A program made the translations under genes and the position numbers. Below are positions 57,549-64,000 of a stretch of 64,000 nt of DNA, piece by piece. The notes under the pieces were generated by a model. The model was not told the DNA's origin. It saw only the letters and a program-made list of their open reading frames with translations, and did not search any database. This DNA comes from a phage. Positions within the stretch are counted from its first letter, which is position 1. Each line of letters opens with the position of its first letter. The DNA lies in assembly GCA_025611195.1 (NCBI GenBank), contig GCA_025611195.1_4718.2. One strand, given 5' to 3'.

Positions 57549-58096
57549 CTTGTAATCCTTAATTTACCTGAATGAATTATCGTTGATGGGTCCACGACGC
57601 GACCGTATTTCGCATTACGTAGTACACGATGCCCAAAGAAGTCAGCGGTTTCCAAAACAACTGTATAACAACCAAGCTGATGTTGGTGTCCCCAAAACCG
57701 TTCAATGGGAATCCAGCATGGCGTCATGCCTTTGTGTCGCCAATCCGTAACACAGCCGAATTCAGCAAACTGTTCAGTAAACCACTCATCAATGTCGGTA
57801 TCCGTAAAGAGAAACACGTGGTTTTTAACCAGATAAGCGAACCCTGGATAAAAAAGCTGAGGGTCATCTGGGTCACGTAGATAAACACGAAGTTTGTCTA
57901 GTGTGCCCTCGATAACGATTGTATCGGGTAATCCTGGTGGTGTGAACCGAAGTTGGAAGTTATCCTCGTTTGCCGAGGCGTTAACCAAATACCCCAATTG
58001 AAGGGGTCGATGCAATTCGAAAAGGTTGAACGTTAATGCATATTCGATATACTCTAATCCTATATTCATGTCTGACCTATGTGGTATGGATGACAA
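57545..58096 (-). CDS. hypothetical protein (start TTG at 58096 or ATG at 58069)
   Basis: ORF track; GGAAGG upstream of the TTG. Confidence 0.45.
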   Translation of the reverse strand: MSSIPHRSDMNIGLEYIEYALTFNLFELHRPLQLGYLVNASANEDNFQLRFTPPGLPDTIVIEGTLDKLRVYLRDPDDPQLFYPGFAYLVKNHVFLFTDTDIDEWFTEQFAEFGCVTDWRHKGMTPCWIPIERFWGHQHQLGCYTVVLETADFFGHRVLRNAKYGRVVDPSTIIHSGKLRITR

Positions 58097-58207
58097 CGCT
58101 TTGCCTTCCGCGAGTGTAATCAGGAAGGTAATGTAGGTTTATTTTAATCTCCATTTCGCGATGATATGACAGTCTTTATTACGTTTACCATCTGAGGGAG
58201 CATGCTC

Positions 58208-59446
58208 ATGTCTTCTATTTTACAGGTGTTTAATGCGCATGCGGAAGGCATTGACATCGACGAGTATTTTGTTAATCAGGTTATCCGTTACGCGACACGC
58301 TTCCGCACGCAAGACCAAGAACACATGCGTTTTTTCGGTGGGGTTCTGTTAGGCGTGCAGAAAATCCGATTCACAACAAGACATAACGATATGTGGTTTT
58401 CCGACGTCTTGATGATGGATGAAGAAAGCTTACGACGCGATTTGAGTAAACTGCCCTTTTACAATACGCAGACCAACCGTGTTGCCTCAAACGCATTTAA
58501 CCTAAGTTGCTGCTGGTTGCTTTATGCGATTTTCCATAGCAAACAAATCAAAAAAGAAAAGGTTCGTGAGGCCGGGATGCTTGCTGCAATGCAAGTCCTT
58601 CATTATAAATTCATTTGCGGTCTGGTAGCGCGGCGTTATCCTTATAACGCCGATCCGGCTATCGCCATTAAGGCGTACGATGAGTTAACGCTCAAATCAG
58701 GTATCAAACGCATGAATAGCTGGAATGAGTACATTGACGAACGCTGTAATGCCATCATTGCGCGTAATAGTACACATTTCAGTCGTTGGTCAACCCTGGA
58801 ACCAGATAGTGTCGCCGAACGTTTTGTACGTGATGTGAATACCGGAATTCGTAAAGTTATCAACCGTATCACCGATACGTACTACGCGATGTACGAAGAA
58901 GGTAAGAAGATCGGCACGTCCTCTCAAACTGTAGAATTAGACGACGGCCTCGCTGTCCGCGATATTAAACGCAACGAAACCACGTATCGTCAATATCTGT
59001 TCGAAATCGCTTATGACCGAACAAGTTTCGTTAAACGTGAACTCATGGTCGTCATCCTCGACGTGCATCATACTACCAATCTCCTATCCCTTGAGCGAGC
59101 GTTAAGTTATATCAGCGCTAACGTAGAGCGGCCAACAAAAGACGGAAAGCAGGTCTCTCAGATGTTGCGGCTTGTAATGGAACATGCTATCGAGTATATC
59201 ATCTTGAATAAGGTCGATATGCGCGATCTTACGTTCTTATTCTACATGCGTAACGTGTATACGTCTAACCGTACCAGCAACCCGAAACTGTTAGAACTGC
59301 GTAAACTTGGCTCTGAAGTCATTAAGAAAGCAACCAACGCGAGAAACGACGCTGAAGCTGCAGCGACACGCACAGGTGTCTTTCTGTATATCCTGCTTCG
59401 GGTGTTTAGTCGCAACTATTACGTTCGTCGCGCGATGTCTCGCTAA
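58208..59446 (+). CDS. hypothetical protein (412 aa)
   Basis: GAGGGAG RBS 7 nt upstream of ATG at 58208 (first ATG at 58202 is too close to the RBS). Confidence 0.5.
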   Translation: MSSILQVFNAHAEGIDIDEYFVNQVIRYATRFRTQDQEHMRFFGGVLLGVQKIRFTTRHNDMWFSDVLMMDEESLRRDLSKLPFYNTQTNRVASNAFNLSCCWLLYAIFHSKQIKKEKVREAGMLAAMQVLHYKFICGLVARRYPYNADPAIAIKAYDELTLKSGIKRMNSWNEYIDERCNAIIARNSTHFSRWSTLEPDSVAERFVRDVNTGIRKVINRITDTYYAMYEEGKKIGTSSQTVELDDGLAVRDIKRNETTYRQYLFEIAYDRTSFVKRELMVVILDVHHTTNLLSLERALSYISANVERPTKDGKQVSQMLRLVMEHAIEYIILNKVDMRDLTFLFYMRNVYTSNRTSNPKLLELRKLGSEVIKKATNARNDAEAAATRTGVFLYILLRVFSRNYYVRRAMSR

Positions 59447-59598
59447 CAATGTAACAGTAAAACTTTACTGATGTTGGTTATTATTTGAAGCATAGGGCTT
59501 CACCCAGGAGTACCATCCCTGTAAGTCGTTTGTCCTCTCCTGGTTAACTGTCGTTCTCTCACAGTGCTCGACAGACCAAAAATGCTCAAGCCTCATAG

Positions 59599-59627
59599 CC
59601 TCCTCTGGGAATGGAACCCAGAGGAGG
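59599..59627. terminator. 11-bp hairpin CCTCCTCTGGG-AATGGAA-CCCAGAGGAGG between convergent genes
   Basis: Perfect inverted repeat, 13 nt downstream of the minus stop 59640. Confidence 0.55.
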
Positions 59628-59639
59628 ACTATGTTTGCT

Positions 59640-59960
59640 TTAAAATTCAATGCGACCCTTAGTTGTAAACAATACACCTCTTTGCCAACAGAAAAGATCC
59701 TCCGATTGAGCGCAAACACGAATACCCGCATCGAATAGATGTTTTGTTCTGGCGCTTAAACAATCTGGATCTTCTACATACAACAGAAGACGTTGGCATT
59801 TATTTTGAATGCGCTCGACAAGGATGTTCTTATCGCTTAAAATAAAATGCGCGTTATCTGTTAAGTTATCGTCGGTTTCCAGCTGCCCGACAAGTTTGAT
59901 TAAAATACGTAATTGCTCAAGTGTGTCATGATCAAATGAATCGCCCATGGCGTACCTCAA
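59640..59960 (-). CDS. hypothetical protein (106 aa)
   Basis: ORF track. Confidence 0.4.
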   Translation of the reverse strand: MRYAMGDSFDHDTLEQLRILIKLVGQLETDDNLTDNAHFILSDKNILVERIQNKCQRLLLYVEDPDCLSARTKHLFDAGIRVCAQSEDLFCWQRGVLFTTKGRIEF

Positions 59961-59993
59961 CGTTATACGTCGTTAGTATTATAATACGTTATA

Positions 59994-60021
59994 GTCTCCC
60001 CGCCGGTATTAACGGGGAGTC
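59994..60021 (-). terminator. CTCCCCG / CGGGGAG hairpin after the terminase gene
   Basis: 7-bp core stem with flanking pairs, downstream of the stop at 60034. Confidence 0.45.
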
Positions 60022-60033
60022 TGCGGACTACTC

Positions 60034-62265
60034 TTAGAAAAAACCCCCTGGTCTGTATTGGCCCATCGTCATCCACGCGTTACGAGAAATATTCCGTTCG
60101 TTCGAAGAGCGACTTATTTGACGATACGTATTCGCTCGTTCCTCCCTTGCTTTCGTAATCATTGCGTCGATAGAGACAGACGCTGAATCCTCCCCACGTA
60201 TTTTTCCTTTATAGGTAAGAAGCTCCGCCTCCAACCGATCCAAGATAAGGCCATTGGTTTCGGTCTTAAGCAGCTCATAGATTTCAGCAACGCGTTGACG
60301 TAGCTTCGCCTGCTGTTGGTTAAGATAAGCTTCATACGGATCTATTTCACCCGTCACAGATGCCGGTAAACGACTCATGACTTTAAGCGGATCGATACCG
60401 TAATGAATCTGTTTCTTAGCGCGCTTGATAAACCACATCGCTAACATCCATGCGAACGTCATGTCATCGTGCATTCCATCCTGGTGGTCGACACGCCCAT
60501 CTTTGATAACCAACCCAAGAATCTCGGAACACAGCATCTTATCGCGTAACTGCCCGCGGGTTTCTACGATACCTTCCATCAAGATGTCGGAATACAACTC
60601 CATGCGTTTGCGTGCATCCGTCGTGAAGCCCAAATGCCGTTTACGCTGAGCGTACCAACTTTCATCACGCATGCTCAACGGCAGTTTCAGGTCTTCGAAC
60701 ATTGCTGGATTATCGGCATGTCTGTCCACAATCGTGTTGTATACACGTTTGAATACGTCGATGCCTGCTTGCCGCAAGAACTCTTCAATTGCGTCTAACA
60801 ACATGATCGCACTGCTCTTACGTTCGGGAATCAACGTAACGTTCTTATAACGCATCATGAAGTTGGCCATCCAACGAGCAAAAGAAAGCAGACTCAGTTT
60901 ATTAAAACGTCCTGTCGCAACAACTTCTGCTGTTTCCACATCCACCATCACCAAACCGATCGCGTCACGACCAATCGCGTCACTGGTATCTAAACCAGCA
61001 ACCACCTTATTGTTCTGCATGTATGTCTCGATTTGACCTCGAGGTATATACCAGTTAATGCAGTAGCCTTCAGGTGAGATCTCGATATGGTCGATTTCAC
61101 GTTGTCCTGCCATGATCATCTCAACCATCTCAGCGGTTAACGGGCTTTCTGCTGAACCGTTGGTCCAAATGTTCATGTAGTCACGGTCTTTCTGAAGTTT
61201 ATCACCTTCCGTTTCGTTCATGGTTTTTGCTAACCATTCGTCACTGAATCCCAATTGAGCATGGTTCCATTGTGCCCCGATCCTGACGGTCGCTTTGCTG
61301 AGCTCGCATGGTACGTTGTTCAATACCGTCTGATGCAGATGCTTTTCGTTACGGCAGTCAAAGAAACTTTCAGAAAACGGCGCGGAACGCATGAAAACTT
61401 CATAAGCCCATTTACCCTCGCGTTTATCCAATTCACCTGCTGTTGTCGTATAGATGATACTTGTCAGGTCGCCGTTGCTTAATGCTTCATCGCGTGCTGC
61501 ACCCATCGCACCGATACCAGCAGGGACAATGATTTCGATGTATTTCGTAAACGCGGTTTCGTCGCTATGGAATATCGGGGTTGTTAGACCACGACCGATG
61601 TTTGTTGCTTGTTTCTTATCCGAACGTGGAATCTTTACCGATAACTTGTTCTTGAAACGCGTGTAGGTTACGTTCTCTTTGTTCGATGAATCACGGCTAT
61701 CCAGCGTCCAGAGATACGCAGGCAGTAGATCGCGTATACTACGCACATCTTCTACTGTTTTCGTACGGGCGTCACCGTCTTTTGTTAACTGAATAACCTC
61801 GGTGTTTCGACTACGAACATAGGTTAGATAGCAGAACAATCCTAACATGGTCATGGATTTACCCGTCTGACGTATCTGTATCTGATACCAGTTCGTTCGG
61901 GTAAATATTCCCCAGAGCATCGGAATGTTACCGCGGTTAGCACGGAACGAGATCTTGTTATCACCCGCTTTAGCCGGAACACGCATCACTTCACGGAAGA
62001 AGTACCACGGATTAAGATAGCATTCCGCACTGATCATCTGAATCTGTTCTGACGTCAAATTCGGTGCGTGGGGGTCAACACCGATTAATCTTGGGTTTAA
62101 TAACGCCATGAAAAACGCAGAGTTTCGGACACCGAATTCACGACGATACAAGATCGCTAAATCACGCCAACTTGTGTTTGTTGTTTCCCAGTGTGGAACA
62201 GCTTGAGGAAAATAATCCCAATCTTCCTCAAACAAGATGATTTTCTTCGGATCGACAATCGACAT
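60034..62265 (-). CDS. terminase large subunit (ATPase + nuclease)
   Basis: Deviant Walker A IRQTGKS (compare T4 gp17 SRQLGKT); C-terminal GLDTSDAIGRDAIGLVMVD RNaseH-like nuclease motif; 743 aa; GGAGGAG RBS. Confidence 0.6.
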   Translation of the reverse strand: MSIVDPKKIILFEEDWDYFPQAVPHWETTNTSWRDLAILYRREFGVRNSAFFMALLNPRLIGVDPHAPNLTSEQIQMISAECYLNPWYFFREVMRVPAKAGDNKISFRANRGNIPMLWGIFTRTNWYQIQIRQTGKSMTMLGLFCYLTYVRSRNTEVIQLTKDGDARTKTVEDVRSIRDLLPAYLWTLDSRDSSNKENVTYTRFKNKLSVKIPRSDKKQATNIGRGLTTPIFHSDETAFTKYIEIIVPAGIGAMGAARDEALSNGDLTSIIYTTTAGELDKREGKWAYEVFMRSAPFSESFFDCRNEKHLHQTVLNNVPCELSKATVRIGAQWNHAQLGFSDEWLAKTMNETEGDKLQKDRDYMNIWTNGSAESPLTAEMVEMIMAGQREIDHIEISPEGYCINWYIPRGQIETYMQNNKVVAGLDTSDAIGRDAIGLVMVDVETAEVVATGRFNKLSLLSFARWMANFMMRYKNVTLIPERKSSAIMLLDAIEEFLRQAGIDVFKRVYNTIVDRHADNPAMFEDLKLPLSMRDESWYAQRKRHLGFTTDARKRMELYSDILMEGIVETRGQLRDKMLCSEILGLVIKDGRVDHQDGMHDDMTFAWMLAMWFIKRAKKQIHYGIDPLKVMSRLPASVTGEIDPYEAYLNQQQAKLRQRVAEIYELLKTETNGLILDRLEAELLTYKGKIRGEDSASVSIDAMITKAREERANTYRQISRSSNERNISRNAWMTMGQYRPGGFF

Positions 62266-62276
62266 ATAAACTCCTC

Positions 62277-62305
62277 CGATGGAGGGTGCCGAGCACCCTC
62301 CATCG
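62277..62305 (-). terminator. 13-bp perfect hairpin CGATGGAGGGTGC-CGA-GCACCCTCCATCG abutting the terminase RBS
   Basis: Between stop of 62316..64000 and the terminase start; its 3' side adjoins the GGAGGAG RBS. Confidence 0.55.
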
Positions 62306-62315
62306 TTGTATTACC

Positions 62316-64000
62316 TTATGCGACTTTACTAATAACGACTGCGGTGATACCAAGATGTAGGTCAACGCCATTCTGTACTTTAATCCAGCGGATATACAGG
62401 TTAGCGTTATCCTGTCCCGTACCACCTGGGACGTTATTGTTCTTATTCCATTGTGAGATTTCGAAACGTTTCTGCACGTTAGGACCAACCATGATTTCAA
62501 AATGGGTCGGTTCTGGCGCTTTCGATTCCGTCTTCTCAAGATAGAGTGGATGCGTCGCGTAGTAAAGCTGGTTCAACCATTCACCCAGATCTGAGTGTTT
62601 GTTCGTCAAGTCAACATACGCGTTACCAGCAACATCATAAGTAAACAACGCTTTCGTGTTACGGCCATACACGTCCGTTGTCGTCGGCGTTGTTTGCGAG
62701 CTGAACGTTACTGTCCAGTAATCACCGGATGTTGCCGAACCTGCTTGCAGCAACGTCATTCGAATAGTCTGCGTATGACGTACGCGCTTGTAAACGGTAG
62801 GATCGACTTCATCTAACCAGATGTTGTACGCAAATTCCTGAGGTTGTCCGTATTTCTTCGGATTAAACTCGGGACTGTTCAGTGCCAATTGTACTTTATC
62901 GGTTACGTTGTAGTATCGCTCACGGTCAACGTTGTACAACCAGAATACCAGCTCATACCCCACCGCATCAGATACCCATTGCGGATAGCAGAACAGTTTA
63001 ACACTGTATGCCCCTTTCGCTTCTTTAGAAACAACGGTATAAGGGACACTAATATGTTTCACTGCACCAGGTAACGCGTAGGATGTGTCCTCATCGTCGT
63101 CCAGGTAGTAGTGTAACGCCAGCGGATGTTTGCTGTTGATGACCTGGGACGTGAAGACGTTAAGACCATCCAATACAACCTTGTTACCAGTAACCGGCCA
63201 GTGTTTAATGGAGCCGTCACTGTAGGTGACTTCAGCCTGAAGGTCAACGGAGTCCAGGTTGACGTTGATCGGCAACTCAAGCAGTTTGGTATCGCTGCTG
63301 CTCAGCCACGTTGACTTCAGTCGTACCCCGTCTTCCAGAATATATTTAATACCCTGGTCTGGAGTGCGTACGTAGTCAGTGATACGAACGATCATGCGCT
63401 TCATGGATAGCGGCTGCGGACCGTCACCATAACCTACTACCATCACCTGCTCAAAATCTTCGACGGGCTTAATGCAGTAACCTTCGCGGGGTGCCCAGAT
63501 GGCTTTGTTCGTTCCGTCTTTGTAAGCGATAAGCTGACACGGAATGAAGTCACTGATCTTATTTCCGCTGTTGTCATACATCGCACTGATGATTTCGCCT
63601 TTGGCGCTAATATCAGAACCACGGAACACCGCGATACGTCGAATATCCGAACCATGTAGATGGAAACGACGATCGATATTCATCGTAGCTGGGATCGTGT
63701 TCGTATTAATCAATACACGCCACGTGTCGTACGACCACGTCGGATCGATACCTTCAAAGGTTGTCGTCCCATCGCCCTGACCGTCGAACGGAGCAGATAA
63801 TTGACCAATGAGTTTAAGGGTACTTAGTTTAGTGCGATCATCTACAGCGATAACACGGTATACCGCATTCGTATCCCAGTCTTCAACCTTATCATCCACG
63901 TTGGGAACATAAAGTTTCCAGTCTTCTTCAACGCCATTATAGATCTCTTTATACGCATAGGTGGTATAGCGTCTGTCGAGATCCTGAATAGCGAGTTTAT
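62316..64000 (-). CDS. hypothetical large protein, partial (N-terminus beyond window edge); possibly virion structural
   Basis: Frame stays open from 63899 to the window edge at 64000 (no stop in 33 codons); the track start at 63899 is an internal GTG. Confidence 0.5.
   Translation of the reverse strand, partial: KLAIQDLDRRYTTYAYKEIYNGVEEDWKLYVPNVDDKVEDWDTNAVYRVIAVDDRTKLSTLKLIGQLSAPFDGQGDGTTTFEGIDPTWSYDTWRVLINTNTIPATMNIDRRFHLHGSDIRRIAVFRGSDISAKGEIISAMYDNSGNKISDFIPCQLIAYKDGTNKAIWAPREGYCIKPVEDFEQVMVVGYGDGPQPLSMKRMIVRITDYVRTPDQGIKYILEDGVRLKSTWLSSSDTKLLELPINVNLDSVDLQAEVTYSDGSIKHWPVTGNKVVLDGLNVFTSQVINSKHPLALHYYLDDDEDTSYALPGAVKHISVPYTVVSKEAKGAYSVKLFCYPQWVSDAVGYELVFWLYNVDRERYYNVTDKVQLALNSPEFNPKKYGQPQEFAYNIWLDEVDPTVYKRVRHTQTIRMTLLQAGSATSGDYWTVTFSSQTTPTTTDVYGRNTKALFTYDVAGNAYVDLTNKHSDLGEWLNQLYYATHPLYLEKTESKAPEPTHFEIMVGPNVQKRFEISQWNKNNNVPGGTGQDNANLYIRWIKVQNGVDLHLGITAVVISKVA

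Noticed and set aside
238-63780. Numerous short plus-strand ORFs (60-140 aa) embedded antisense within minus-strand genes (for example 238..462, 917..1102, 18490..18909, 42446..43393, 61255..61482)
   Set aside because: They overlap longer, motif-supported minus-strand genes, lack RBSs and have junk-like composition; treated as frame artefacts.
1-64000. CRISPR arrays, rRNA, tRNA, integrase, transposase or IS elements
   Set aside because: No direct-repeat/spacer periodicity, no rRNA-like or tRNA-like segments and no recombinase motifs seen; the window looks like lytic-phage core genome.

Overview
The window is a gene-dense, almost entirely minus-strand stretch that reads as a phiKZ-like, nucleus-forming jumbo phage of an enterobacterial host (inference from gene content, not from a database search). 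Recognisable by eye: a PhuZ-type phage tubulin (51355..52335), a 631-aa candidate chimallin nuclear-shell protein (41504..43399), three pieces of a split multisubunit RNA polymerase (beta-prime C-terminal part 20682..22688, beta-like 24760..26928, beta-prime N-terminal part 40062..41411), a thymidylate synthase with two insertions (2803..3822), two SF2 helicases, a large terminase (60034..62265), an Mre11/SbcD-like nuclease, a DnaQ-like exonuclease, an HD-domain protein and a metallophosphoesterase. The most striking non-coding feature is a ~1.1 kb ORF-poor region (39062..40200) holding two homologous group I intron cores on the minus strand, directly after the beta-prime N-terminal ORF. Four intergenic regions carry a 25-nt motif with an invariant TATATTAC core upstream of minus-strand genes, consistent with a phage-RNAP early promoter. 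About twenty GC-rich CCCTCCC/GGGAGGG-type hairpins sit at gene ends as terminator-like elements. No rRNA, tRNA, CRISPR array or transposase was found. Most CDS coordinates follow the ORF track, which uses alternative start codons, so many starts are uncertain; those I re-checked by hand are noted.
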